The notes beneath the pieces were generated by a model. The model had not been told where the DNA came from. It saw only the letters and a list, made by a program, of their open reading frames with translations, and made no database searches. From the human T2T-CHM13v2.0 reference genome, Homo sapiens: a DNA stretch of 64,000 nucleotides. The position numbers and the translations under genes were made by a program. The stretch lies in assembly GCF_009914755.1 (NCBI RefSeq), contig NC_060947.1. One strand, written 5' to 3'. This document shows positions 1-20,374 of the stretch, piece by piece (position 1 is the stretch's first letter; every line of letters starts with the position of its first letter).

Positions 1-2927
<2,927 letters not shown>

Positions 2928-2930
<3 letters not shown>

Positions 2931-2956
2931 ATATATATATGTGTATATATATATAT
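2928..2956. repeat. (TA)n microsatellite replacing the L1 poly(A) tail
   Basis: tatatatatatatgtgtatatatatatat directly after the L1 3' end. Confidence 0.85.
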
Positions 2957-4250
2957 AAAAGACTTAAATCAGACCTCAAACAATGAAACTACTACAAGAA
3001 CACATTAGGGAAAATCTTTACTACATTGGACTGAAAAATATTTATTGATCAATATTTTACAAGCACAGTCAACCAAAGCAAAAATGGACAAATGGGATCA
3101 CGTGAAGTTAAAAAGCTTCTGCACAGCAAAAGATACAATCAATAAAGTGAAGAGACAATCCACAGAATGGGCAAAAATATTTTTAAACTACCCATCAGAC
3201 AAGGAATTAGTAAGCAGAATATATAAGGAGTTTAAACAACTCTAGAGGAAATATCTAATAATTTGATCAAAAAATGAGCAAAAGATTTAAACAGACATTT
3301 CTCAAAAGAAAATGTACAAATGGCAAACAGCCATATGAAAAGGTGCACAACATCATTGATCATCTGACAAAGGTAAATCAAAACTAAAATGTGATATCAT
3401 CTTATCCCAGTTAAAATGGCTTATCCCCAAATCAGGCAATAAGAAATGCTGGTGAGAATTTGGAGAAAGGGGAACCTTCAAACACTGTTAGTGGAAATGT
3501 AAAGTAGTACAACCACAATGGAGAACAGTTTGGAGGTTCTTATAAAAACTAAAAATGTACTTGCCATATGATCCAGCAATTCCACTACTGAGTATGTACT
3601 GAAAAGAAAGTCACTCAGTATATCAAATACATTCTATTTGTTGCAGCACTGTTTACAATAGCTAAGATTTGAACCTAAATGTCTACCAATAGATAAGTGG
3701 ATAGAGTAAATTTGGTACATATATAAAATGGAATACTATTCAGTCATAAAAAAGAATGAGACCCAGTCATTTGCAACAACATGGTTGAAACCGGAGATCA
3801 TTATGTTAAGTGAAATACGCCAGACACAGAAACGTAAACACCACATGTTATTACTTATTTATGAGACCTAAAAATCAAAACAGTTGAACTCATGTACGTA
3901 GAAAGTAGAAAATTTGCTACCAGAGGCTGGGAAGGGTAGTGGGAGGCAGGTGGTGATGGTTAATGGGTACAAAAATATAGTTAGAAAGAATAAATAAGAC
4001 CTGCTATTTGATAGCACAAAGGGTGACAATAATATAACTTAATCGCACATTTTAAAATAACTTAAAGAGTGTAACTGGATCGTTTGTAACTCAAAGGATA
4101 AATGCTTGAGGGTATGGATGCCCCATTCTCCATGATGTGCTTATTTCCTATTGTATACTTATATCAAAACATCTCATGGACTTCATAAATATATACACCT
4201 ACTATGTACCCACAGAAATTGAACATAACAATAAATAAATAAAAATAAAC
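2957..4250 (+). mobile_element. Older LINE-1 3' end (L1MA1-3-like), host of the preceding L1PA
   Basis: ORF2 C-terminal homology ([19 protein letters not shown]), L1MA-type 3'UTR, A-rich tail near 4230-4249. Confidence 0.85.
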
Positions 4251-5333
4251 AGGAATAGCAGCACTTAAAATGGATATTTCCACTGGCTCAGTGTAGAATG
4301 AGCAGACAAAAACACCCAGCTCCTGCTTTTCACATAATGTCCCAATATTCTCTGATGCTGCCTTTGGGATAAGTCTTCAAATAGCTGGAATAGGCAATTA
4401 GTAGTTCTCTGGGAGCCTCAACAGTCATGTAGGCACTTTCACAACTTCTTTCATGTTCTCACTCCAGAAATAAAATCAATCCTCTAGCTAGCCAGCTTGT
4501 CTCTGAGAGTAGATGGAGGTTAGTTAGCATTTGCTGGGCCCCTGAAGGTAACAAAGAGCAAACCAACGGGTTGAAAAACTGTACTGTCTAAAGAAGTGTG
4601 CATATGTTTGCACAGATTCTCTCTGTGGTTTAGTGCACAGTTAATAGACTCCACTTCCCAACTTCTTCCTAATGACAGAAGAAAGTGAAACACACATGTA
4701 ACAACTCAAATTTTTCAACTGCATATTCAGGAAATGGCTTCTATCTCACCTGTCTCAGGGCATGAGAGAACTTGGTGCATCCAAATCTCTGAGAGATCAC
4801 TAAGAACAACAACAACAAAATACACTTTGGCCAAGTACAAAGGTTTGAGAGGCACCTAGAATCACTGGATAGGCTGATTGTTGAGGTCCGTCTTCTACAG
4901 AAGGCTAGTCTGTCAAGACAATGAGAGGGGGTTGTTTTATCCAATGCACATAAACCAATACACATAAACCAATACACAGATTCAAGATAAATGAAGAAAC
5001 AAAATATGTTCAAGAAAACCCCCGAGATAAATCCTCCCAAAATTACCCTTAAACAACCAACTGGGTCAAGTTAGACATCCAAAGGAAGTTAAAACAAATC
5101 TTGAGATTAAAAAAAATTATTAAAATGTCTGGGATGCAGCAAAAGCAGTTCCAAAAGGGAAGGTTATAGCAATAAATGCCTCCACTTAAGAAGAAAAAAA
5201 TATATATCAACTAAAAAACCCAACTTTCCACCTCAAGAAACTAGAGAAAAAAAACTCATAGTTAGCAGAAGGAAAAGAACAATAATAATGAGACTATAAA
5301 TAAATCAAATAGAAAATAGGAAAAACTATAGAA

Positions 5334-5695
5334 TAACACTCATATATTGGAGCTAAAATAGTTGTTCTCATGAAGGTAGAACAAAATGATGGTTATCAGA
5401 GTCTGGGAACGGTGCGAAGGAGAATAAAGAGGGGTTAGTTAATGGGTACAAGCATACAGTTAGACAAAAGCTCCAAGTCCTAGTGTTTGATAGCACAATA
5501 GTGTGACTATAGTTAATGATTCTTTATTACATATGTCAAAAATCTATAAGATATTTAAAATATTTCTAACACAAATGATAAATCAGATGATGGATATCTT
5601 AAATGAACTTATTTGATAATTACACATTGCATGCATGTATTAAAATATTACATACACCCCACAGGTATGTACAATCAATATGTTTCAATTTAAAA
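5334..5695 (+). mobile_element. Short 5'-truncated L1MA 3'UTR fragment inserted in L1M ORF2
   Basis: Resembles the 3'UTR at 3850-4230; degraded TSD aaaaactatagaa / aaaaatctatagaa. Confidence 0.7.
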
Positions 5696-7226
5696 ATCTA
5701 TAGAAAGAAATTTACAAACTTACTGGGTTTTCGTTGTAAAAATATAAGCAAAAATGACAAACCTTTAGCTACACTATCTAAAAAAATACTCGAATAACAA
5801 AAATCAGATATGAAAGAAGAGTCATTACAATGGATGTCTTAGAAATAAAAGACTACTATGAAAAATTATATGCAAACAAATTATATAACCTAAAGAAAAT
5901 GGATAGATTCCTAGAAACATAAGATCTCCCAAGATCATATCCAGAAGAAATAGAAAGGCTGAACGGCCTAGTAACAAAATATGAGACTAAAGAAGTAATC
6001 AAAAACCTCCTAACAAAGAAAATCCTAGGGCCAGACAAATATTCTATCAAATATTCAATTAATTAATAATCTTTACCAAGTGCTTCTAAAAATATGAGTA
6101 GAAGAATTACTTCTGGACTCATAAAATGATAACAAAGACAAAGACATCACAAGCAAAGAAAAGTATAAGCCAGTATCACGAATGGATATAAATGCAGAAA
6201 TTCTCAATAAAATCCTAACAAACTAAATCCAAGTGGGACTTGTCCTTGAGATGCAAGATTAGTTTAATATATACAAATAGATGTGATATACCATATTAAC
6301 AAAAGAAATGACAAACCACGTAATCATCTCATTAGATTCAGTTAAAGCACTTGACAAAGTTTAACACATTTGTAAGAGAAAAGTTTTCAACAAAATAGGC
6401 ATAGAAAGAAATTTATTCTACACAATTAAGGTCATTGATGAAAAGCCCACATCTAACATCGTTATTTAATAGGGAAAACAGAAAGGTTTTCTTGTAAGAT
6501 CCAGTACACTGCAATGATGCAACACTCTTGCTGTTTCTATTCAACATAATACTGGAAGAACTAGAAAGAACAACCATATTTTAAAAAGGAGTAAAGGCAT
6601 CCAAATCAGAATGGAAGATGTAAAATTATCTCTGCATATGACATGATCCCATATGTAGGAAATTCTAAACATTCCACATGCAAAATCTGTTAGGGTCAAT
6701 ATATGAATTCAGTAAAGTTGCAGAATGCAACGTCAATGTGCAAAAGTCAGTTTTGTGTCTTTACAATAATAACTATTTTTTTCCAAAAGGAAATCAGAAA
6801 AAAATCCTATTTACTAGAGCAAAGAAAAGAATAAACTATTTAAAAATAAATTTAACCAAGGAAGTTAAAGATCTGTACACTAATGTATAAAAATTATGTG
6901 GTATGTGTACACTATACACGATGTTTTATACATTCTAAAACATTGGGAAAAGAGATTGAGGAAGGCACCAAAAATGAAAAAAAAAGTATCTTGTGTCCAT
7001 GGATTTTAAGAGCTTATATTGTTAAAATGTCCATACTACCTAAATCAATCTCAGAATCGATGCAATCCATATAAAAATTCCAATGACATTTTTCATAGAA
7101 ATAGAAAATACAGTCCTAAAATTTGTGTAAAACTGCAAGCTATCCTTGAAAACTAAAGCAATCCTGAGAATGAAGAGCAAAGCTGAAGGCATCACAGTTC
7201 AGGATAATAAAATATACTACAAAGCT

Positions 7227-7825
<599 letters not shown>

Positions 7826-8788
7826 AAAATATACTACAAAGTTACAGTAATCAAAACAGTATGGTACTAGAATAAAAACAGTCATCTTGACAGGTGGAAT
7901 AGAATACAGAACCCATAAGTAAATTTCTGCATAAATGATCAACCAATTTTCAACAAGGGAGGCAAAAAATACATAGTGGGGAAATATAGTCTCTTTGATA
8001 AATGATCTTTGGAAATTGAATATCCAGAAGCAAAAGAATAAAATTAGACATGATCTTACACCATAACCAAAGATCAATTAAAAATGAATTAAAGATCTAA
8101 ACATAATAAATTAAACAGAAAAACTCCTAGAAGAAAACAGAGGGAAGAATTCCTTGACATTGGCCTTGCTAATGATATTTTGGATATTATATCCAAAGCT
8201 CAAACAACAGAAGCAAAGCAAAAGAAAACCAAAAAAGTGGAATTACATCAAACTGAAAGCTTTTGCAAAGCAAAGGAAACAATCAACAAAATGAAAAGGC
8301 AGTTTATGAATGTAGAAAAAATGTTTGTAAACCGTATATCTGATAAGGGGTAATTATATAAAATACATAAGAAACTCACCCAACATAACTTGTTTACTTA
8401 CCTCTGCCTGAACATTTTACCGCGCTCAGTGCCCTTCTGAAAATTCACCTCCCACAGACCTATGATATTCCTTTGGCCTTTACCACCTAAGACTTCTGTC
8501 TTCTCCAGCGTGAGAGTTCAGCTGGTGACACAGGGACCAGCCCATCCTTCTCCATCACAGCCAGCATCTGAACACTGGGATAGCCTGACCCTAGTCCAGC
8601 CTCTTCAAGACTCATAAGCACTGTACAGTTGGCCATCTAATGGCCTGGAAAGGAAGGAAATATCCATCCCATTTCAACTCTGCTGGCACCTAATCATAGC
8701 CTGAGGTAAGGCTAACCCCACCAGCTGACTCTGCCACAATCAACACCCACTTACACTGGCACAAACAGCCCTCCTTTACAAGAAACAA

Positions 8789-9219
8789 TAAGACAGCCAA
8801 ATGCCTAAGCAGATGAAAAGGGGTTCTTGGATAATCTCCAACCCACCCGACAAGTGTTTACATTAAATGCTTTTGTGCAGATGAGAAAACCTGCACAGGG
8901 CTTGTCTGGGCATGCTCACATTGGACTGGAGCCCGACATGCACACTGGGGGAAGTGGGTAGAGCCATGGGGAATTTGTACCTTATGCAGGCGAGGAGCCT
9001 GCTCTCTTCAGCTCCTGTGGAGCTGTGAGAATAAATTGGTGAGGTGGAGAGCCTGTTAGCAGGACTCCATCTCACTTTGCTGAGTTGTTTTTCCTTTTTC
9101 CTTTTTGCACAAAAAAAAAATTCCACTTCTCACCCTTCTATGTGTCCATAAGCCTAATGTTTCCTGGTCATGTGATAAGAACCCAGTTGTAGCTGAACTA
9201 AGAAGAAAGTTATGCAGCA
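8789..9219 (+). mobile_element. MER61-type 5' LTR
   Basis: Starts t(a)agacagccaaatgcc and ends gcagca; colinear with 18549-18971. Confidence 0.85.
8898..8917. promoter_or_regulatory. Perfect p53 response element (zero spacer) in the LTR
   Basis: GGGCTTGTCT GGGCATGCTC = RRRCWWGYYY x2. Confidence 0.8.
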
Positions 9220-9997
9220 TTTTTTGTTGTTGTTGTCTAGTCATAGGGCTTGAGGAACTGTGAGTAAGATGTGAATCAAAAAATATTTCTCTTTTCCTTT
9301 CTAAGCCTTTTTCTCCTCAGACTTCTTCTGAGGGTAGAGAAAACTACAAACTACCTCAACCCAACAGCTTCAGGTGTGCATGGGATGGATGGACAAATGG
9401 TGGCTCCCCTGCTTTCCTCCAGGCCAGGGCTGGGGCGCATGGCCCATGGCCCACTGGACAGCAATTACGTTTCTCTCTCTTTTGGAGGAACCAATTTGTA
9501 TAAGAATAAGAGGTATCTTTCCAATCCCGCACTTTAAACTTCTCTTTTTCTCTATGCTGTCAGCAGTTAACGTTTAAGCGAGTTATTTTTTTTTTCATTT
9601 TATAAGACATTTTAGTCAGCCAGGAATTATAAGGATCACTGTTTATATTCTCCCTAAAGTTGTCATTATGAAAAGGGATTTGTGAGATTGGTCTTGAGCT
9701 GTAATCAACCTGGTGTAGTTTGCATTATTTTCTGTGTCGTCAGTAGCAAACTTTGTTGCAGGCCTCCATCTTGTTTTATCTCATTAGGAGCATGACTTGT
9801 AACCAAGTGGCCATGTTTTGTCTTAGCTTCTGTCATTTTACAATGGCAACTGGGTTTGTTCCTGGCTTAGGGAATGAGTCCTTTATGGTTTGATATCTGC
9901 ATGACCTTTTACTGATTCTCTTCTCCTCTGTGAACAACTTCCAGACTTTTTCTTAAATCTTCCTTTCTCTGGGTTACTTTTAAAGGTCCTAAATTTT

Positions 9998-12757
<2,760 letters not shown>

Positions 12758-13808
12758 CCATGTAATAAGTAGACCAGATAGGTTGCATAAAGGTAAATAA
12801 AATAATTTTTCACACTAATGTAGATTCATTGCATCACATATTATTAATGTAAACTTTATCCTTCAAACCACCTAGCAACAATATCTCATCATTAAGTATA
12901 ATAAATGCTGAGGGCATTTCCCACCTCTCTGTAAAACCACAGCACATTTTTTTCTCCCTTATTCATATTATGCAGGCCTAATTTGCACAGCATCCAGAAG
13001 TCTTTCATTAATTCACTTAAATAGGTTACTTTTTCCTAACGAGCTTACTTACACAAAAGTACCTAGGAGGTTTCCTCTCCTGGTGGGAAGACGTGTGATT
13101 CTGACACATAGGGTGAGAAAAAAAGAAAAAAAGTAATTCACTTGGGGCTGATGGCCTGAGAAGATGATAAATACATGGGTGGAAATCGTATTGTTTCTAT
13201 CGGCGTCTACTTGAATTTCTACAAAAGTTTGGCCTTTGTTTACGCCACCTGAGTTTGAGCAGGACAGAGACAGGCTGTGGACACATCTGTCCCTAAGTAT
13301 AGCCTCTCTTTGGCTCACTTTCCTCTTCCCATACTGCACCCTGTCCCTAGTAATCTCTGCTGAAGCATTTGTATCGTTTAGCATGCACTCTAATATCATA
13401 AGAATATAAGAAAGAGAGCTGTTATGGATTTAATTGTGTCCCCTTCAAATGCATATGTTGAAGTGCTAAACTCTGGTACCTCAAAATGTGACCTTATTCG
13501 GAAATACGGTGGTTGCACATGTAATTAGTCAAGACTAGGTCATACTGGTGTAGGGTGGGCCCCTAATTAAATATAACTGGTGTCCTTATAAAAAGAGAAT
13601 CTTAGATGCAGAAACACACACAGGGAGAATGCCACGTGAAGATTACAGTTATGCTCCCGCAGCCAAGGACTACAGAGGCCAGGAGAGAACCTTGGAACGG
13701 ATCCTTCTTTAGTGCCTTCAGAGAGGGCATGGCCATGCAGGCACCTTGATCTTGGATTTCTGGCCTTAAGAACTGTGAGACAATAAATTTCTGCTATTTA
13801 AAAAAAAA
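12758..13808 (+). other. L1 3'-transduced segment (unique DNA + MLT1 LTR + second poly(A))
   Basis: Enclosed together with the L1 by TSD aaaggtcctaaatttt (9982-9997) / aaaagtcctaaattgt (13805-13820); AATAAA at 13782-13787 followed by an A-run. Confidence 0.85.
13420..13800 (+). mobile_element. MLT1B/C MaLR LTR truncated at its polyadenylation site
   Basis: Starts tgttatggatttaattgtgtccc; ends aataaatttctgctattta; U5 end missing. Confidence 0.9.
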
Positions 13809-15310
13809 GTCCTAAATTGTGTAAGAACTACTTACCCCCTTTGAAAATACCTCATACACTCACAGTTAAATTATAACATTAATTGAGGCTTGTTGGTTTC
13901 ACCTGTGAGGATACTTTTAGTAAAGTTTGAAAGCCAGAAATATTGCCTGTTTGGCGTGGCTAAAGTTGAGTAATAAGGGAGTTAAAAGAATTTTCTTAGA
14001 GAGTGCTCAGCTTAATCAAAAGTGGATATCCAAGTTATATGTATATTTTAAAGGCCTTTTTGTTTTTTTCTCTTCTGGGACCCTACTTTACTGGAAAAGG
14101 GCTTTTTCTCAGTCGACTGAATTATTTTTCTCCGTTTTGCCTTGCCACTCTTAATTCATGCCTGAGAGGCCCTAAAATAACTGCTGGGGGCATGGGACTC
14201 CTTGGGAAAAACAGAAGAGGTGCCATTAACACTGTTTTGGGAAGAAACCTGTTTTTCTCATGGAACCCCAGGAATTAAAAGCAGATAGATCCTTCTCAAA
14301 ATCTGTTTTTGCCTCCCAGTCATGCCTGTTTATTAGGCCTTAAAAGATGCTTGCTTTCCTAGACCTGTTTCTTAAAGGGCTACACTCAGAAGGTAATAAT
14401 CCAATTAGGAGATTGGCAAACAAAAAATCTATGGCTGCTGGACTTTCTTCTGCCTGTGTAGCTATATATATGTTGTGTGTATAATGTCTATTTTAAAAAA
14501 ACTCAAATTTATTGGTCTAAAGGAAGATAACTGCTTGAATCAAATATTTTTAAAAGGGAAGATAAAAGCTGTGGTACTGCTCAGTTCAAGCGACTTTAAT
14601 CTTTGAGAAATAAAAACACTCTTAAAGACTATTGGTAAAATGCAGATGTCATCAAAATGTAAATAAGTGGACTAAATTATGCAGGTTAGATAATAAGTTG
14701 GCTAAATATTTAAAGGTTATAAACTACTTTTTTGGTTTTTGAGAACTGTTCAACTTGGTAAGACCTGGGGACATATGGAATTAACCACCCCATAATTATG
14801 CTGGAAGGAGTCAAACCTTGGCTCCACCTAGCACATAAGTGAAACAACTTACCGGGTTTTACATTAAAGTTAAAAATTGCTAAAGGATACCATTGTGACA
14901 CATAATTGAGACTATTGGATATAGATTTATATGTGAGGTGTGTAAGAACAGTAAAGTATCTTTTTAATAAGATATTATAAGAAGGTATAGAAATGTAAAT
15001 TCTTGCCTAGGGTTAAAGGATTGTTTTGAATGAAATAAAATAAATCTAAAAGTTCAAACATAAGATGGAAGGAATGTCAACATTAATCTTGCAAACATTC
15101 CATGTGTGAACATATTGACTAAATTCAAAAGGGTATTATACGGTTTTTCTGTAAATTGAGCATTGAAATAAAAGCACAACAAGGTATTCTTAAGGCACTA
15201 ATCTGCTCTTTGGCAAAATTTGTAAAGTATTATAAAAGGTTTTTCCTTTTTTAAATTTCTGAGTCGTCATTTTGGCAAAATAATTTATTTTAATCTGGAA
15301 TTCTATTTCA

Positions 15311-15748
<438 letters not shown>

Positions 15749-18425
15749 CTAAAAGAGAGGTAAATGGGATTATTTGACATGTTTAGGTATACGGGATTGC
15801 CAAAATGATGTTTAATCTTCTTCAGGTTATTTAGTGAATAATACTAATATAAGTTCCAAAATTGTATAGAATGTCTACAATTCCAATGTCTGAGTATATG
15901 TTATCAATCATAATTCAGGTTGTTATGTGAAGTTATTTTAAACCATGGAGATAACCAAACTTCTTTGTGAATTGCATTTCTCACTGTAACTACCCTGGAT
16001 ATTTTGTTATTCACAGACAATTGCTGTCTTGTTTTGATCTTCTTCAAAAATGGTTTATAATTAGCTATAGAATTTTGACAGGTGCTCTCAAATGCAGGTT
16101 TCTGATAAATTTGGAGATTGTGACATTGGAATGTAGGAAAAATGCACAGGACTCATGTAGAGCTGAAATGTTCACAAATATCAAACAAAACAAGATTTAA
16201 GTAAATGGACTGAACTCATACACAACTGAAGCAATCTTTTTGACTTTTGCTTGGAATATCGCTGATCCTTGTTTTGTTTTTCAGAGTCAAGGAAACTTAT
16301 TTTGAACTATTTATGACCTTTAATAATTGAGTAATGTATACTCCTGTGAACAAAATTTGGAGCATATTTGTCCCTCTCTTTCTGCCTGGCTTCTCCAGAA
16401 TTTGGAAACCAGTTGTGAGTATTCTTAACTTATGGCAACATAGTTGTTTGCATCAGTGCAATAATAATCAATTTTCTTTTGCAACACGATGCAATTGGAG
16501 AAACTGGTTGTATTACCAGTGCTTTGACTGGAAGGGTATCCTTTCCTTTAAGGAGTCAAGCTTGACTTGCAGAGACGATAAAAGCCCCTGGGAAATCTGG
16601 CCTCATACTCTTGTCTACGCAGTCCCTGTAAAGGGTTCCTGACCTGTGGTAAGTAAAGAATGTCACTTCTGACAGGCCAAGGAGCTCCAAGTTTATCTTG
16701 GGACCATAAGAGAAGAGGATTACCCAACTAACAGGTATTTGAGGATACAAACCCATGGCTGGGCTCAGCTTTAAAAGGTCTTATCTGAGATTCCTTGTGG
16801 AACAGAGTTCCATCAAAGCCAATCTAAAAGGCCTATGTAGAAATAATTTTTCTTGCAGCAGTTTACGTGAATAATCAGGCCAAGTATAAGACTAAAGTCT
16901 ATTTTGCAAACAACTCAGCCCTATCATGATTTGTTTTTTAACAAAAATAAGGGCTGCAGAGAGATAAATTATGTTTCAAACGTTATAAATTTGTCATTGA
17001 ATTTTAGAGTCATTAGTTGTTTTCAAGATTTTGCCTAGATTTTAGACTAACCCTACTTGTTCCTGTGAACCAACCAGCAATCTCTGGCTGCAGCTCAGAA
17101 AGAACAAAAGGGATGGGTGATGTAAAAATCTGGATCAATATTCTAGTTCTGAGCAATTATCTTGCAGATCCTGCCAGGTGATGGGAATAAATAGGGTGGC
17201 CATCACCCAGAATTTTCCTTTTTGGGAAAGTAAGACCAAATGAGCTAAACAAAGCCAAATCCCATGCACCCAAATCTTAGTTAGCATAACTATAGCCACT
17301 AGTTATCTGGGCATGTCACAAGACATCATTTTCACTCCCTTATTGAAGGAGGACTCAATTCCACAGCTTCACCTTAGTATTCAGCTTATGATAAGGAGTC
17401 GATGCAACCCACCTGAGACACATTTTTGTCTCAAATTCAATTCCAAGCTTCAGGTCAAAGCCCTAGGAATAAAAGCCAGATCTGAAGAATACAGAGGCAG
17501 ATGATAACTGAAGTTAAAAGGCACATCATAAGTCAGCATGACTGATTCCTGCTGATTAAGCCAAGCTTCCCATTTCATGAATAAAGGTCATGTTAGTATC
17601 CATGGCAGTAATGAGGTCTAGGCAGGGGAAACGGGATGCACATGGGTAAGAACAGATACTGCCATCCCCTAGGCCCCTCTGTTAACATGGGTGAAAGCCA
17701 AGGTGACACCTATGGGTGGCACCCTCTCATGGTCACTGGGACTAAGTGATACAAGAATGGAGAAAAGAAAGAACGTCTCACTTTCCCTTCCTCACGTACC
17801 CCAAGTATTTGCTAGGAAGAGAAAGGAACCAGGGATGATTGCTCCCCTCTTTCTAAATGTGTAGCCATTCATCTTCAATCTGTACCCACTTCGAATGCAT
17901 CCTGAACCCTGGGACTCCTTTGGAAAAAAAAAATGCCTCCTTTTTTTCCTCCTTCCTTCTCTGTCCTCTCTTCTCTGATAGGTAATTGTGTCTCTGTACT
18001 ATGGCCACTTCCCTCAGATGCATTCTTCAAACTAGGAAAAATTAATTTTTCAAACCTTAAACTGGTTGGCTTAGGATTGGGTTCGGGGAATGGGAACCCA
18101 AAGGCCTGACATGCCAACAAAAGAGTAAAAGGTTTTTTTGCCAGCTGGGCTTTTGGCCTCCCTCTCTCTGTGAAAACCGGTAAAAGTCCTCAGGATTTTT
18201 GAGTTATCCTTACCATCCTTGTTTCATTTTGACGCATGTTTCTTAATAACCTGGTTTCTCTCTTCTCACCTTCAGGCCATTAAACTCCAGTCATGCAACC
18301 AGAGCCTCGGATGATGACCCCCTTTTGCCAGGAACCATTAGATAGACCTCTGAAAAAGAACTGACTGCCGTTTTCCCAAAACAGCGCCCCCTGTCAGCAG
18401 GAAGCGATTACACGATCGGTCTTTG

Positions 18426-18509
18426 TCCTTATCCTTATCCTTATCCTTATCCTTATCCTTATCCTTATCCTTATCCTTATCCTTATGCTTATCCTTATCC
18501 TTATCCTTA
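18426..18509. repeat. (TCCTTA)n hexamer microsatellite
   Basis: About 14 tandem units with one variant unit, just upstream of the PPT. Confidence 0.95.
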
Positions 18510-18548
18510 TTGTAATGACAGTTAGATGTACTTCTTTAGAGGGGGAAA

Positions 18549-18971
18549 TGAGACAGCCAAATGCCTAGGCAGACAAAAAGGGGTCCCTGGAGAATCTCCA
18601 ATCTGCCCCAGAAGTGTTTACATCACACTTGTGCAGATGAGGGAACCTGCCCCGGGCTTATCTGGGCATGCCCACAACAGACTGGAACCAAACATGTTTA
18701 CTGGGGAAAGTGTGTGGAGCCACCAGAAATTCATACCTTAAAGAGGGGAGGAGCCTGCTCTCTTCAGCTTGTGTGGAAATGTGGGAATCAATTGGTGAGG
18801 TGGACAGCCTATTAGCAAGACTCCATGTTACTTTGCTGAGTTGTGTTTCCTTCTCCCTTTTCACCCAATAAATTCCACTTCTCACCCTTCTATGTATCTG
18901 TGAGCCTCATCTTTCCTGGTCATGTGACAAGAACCCAGTTTTAGCTTAACTAAGGAGAGAGTTCTGCAATA
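18549..18971 (+). mobile_element. MER61-type 3' LTR
   Basis: Starts tgagacagccaaatgcc after the PPT; p53 site degenerate (GGGCTTATCT GGGCATGCCC, 18654-18673). Confidence 0.85.
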
Positions 18972-19643
18972 GCAACAGCACTGCCGCATTGAACAGATGA
19001 TCCATAAAAAGTCTGTATCAGGTTGAATGATAAGGTTATGCCCTGCAACCACTTTCATGGAGTTATAAAACTGATGTTTCCCATGGCTACCAACCAAATT
19101 GTGGTCTTGAGAAAGACTGCAGTGTGTGTCTGAACTAGTGGTCATGAGCCCTGGAACAACAAATCAAGTTTGTTGTCTATCTCGGACAAGGAACAAGTGA
19201 AGCCTCCTCTCTTTCTCACAGAGACCTCATTGCACTTCAGTAGGGGTGCCATTCAGCCACACTCATCATGGCTGATGCCTGCAGTCACCATTCGGGTATT
19301 TTGGGGCAAGTCATGGATTCCAGCTCTGTCTACTCTGTCCCCCAACTTCTGCAGAATGGAGAGCCCAGGACACCAGGACCTCTACCATCTAGCCCTTCAC
19401 CTAAAACAACAGAGACCACCACACACTAAATGATTATCACGTATATACTCACCTGCTTGTGCCACAAGTGACTCTTATCCTCAAGCACTATCTACTGGCC
19501 TGTGGGTAAAAACACACAGCCCAATATAAAACCTTCTGACAGAGTGCATAGCACTTTAGAAACAAAGCCTAAAGGCCCCATAAAGCTTACTTTACAGTCA
19601 TACCACCTAGGAAGGAAAAAAATTGTAAGATAAATTGAGAAGA

Positions 19644-19704
19644 AGGGAGGGAGGAAGGGAAGAAGGCAGGGAAGGAGGGAGAGAGAGAGAGAGAGAGAGA
19701 GAGA
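19644..19704. repeat. GA-rich / (GA)n tract
   Basis: ggagggaggaagg...gagagagaga. Confidence 0.8.
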
Positions 19705-20374
19705 ATATCCTATTTGGAAGAAAATAATGATGAATATCAGCAGTGCCAGCCTCTCCAGATGAGAAGGAACCAGATGGTAAGAATTTTAGCACCATGAAAA
19801 ATCTGAATGCTGCAACACCACCAAAGGATTACCAAAACGGAAACTTGGAAATAACAGATAAATAATTAAAAGCATAAATTGTGATGAATCTCAATGAGAT
19901 CAAGACAATGTTGAAAATCAAAACAAAGTAACTTTGACAGTAATCCAGGAAATTAAGAAATAGATAAACATCTTTAAAACATTTAAAGACAATCAGAGCA
20001 TCTGGAATTTAAAAACTCACTTAAGGAATTTTCATATACAATTAAATGTTTTATCAATAAACTAGACCAAGTAGGAGAATTTCAGAGCTGAAAGACAAAT
20101 CTTTGAACTAACCCCATCAGACAAAAACAAAGAAAAAATGATTTAAAATGAACAAAGTCTCAGAGAAATATAAAATTATTTAAAGAAACCAAACCTATGC
20201 ATTATTGGAATTCCTGAGAGACAAAGAGAAAAAATGTAAATAACCTGGACAACATATTTGAGGACAGAATCCAAGACAATTTCCTTAGTCTTGCTTGAGA
20301 GGTAGACATTTAGATACAAGAAATTCAGAGAACAGCTGTCAGATACTATAGATAATGAACATCATAAAGGCATG

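Noticed and set aside
13049-13399. 116-aa minus-strand ORF in the transduced segment
   Set aside because: No recognisable domain or splice structure, and antisense to the transduced RNA.
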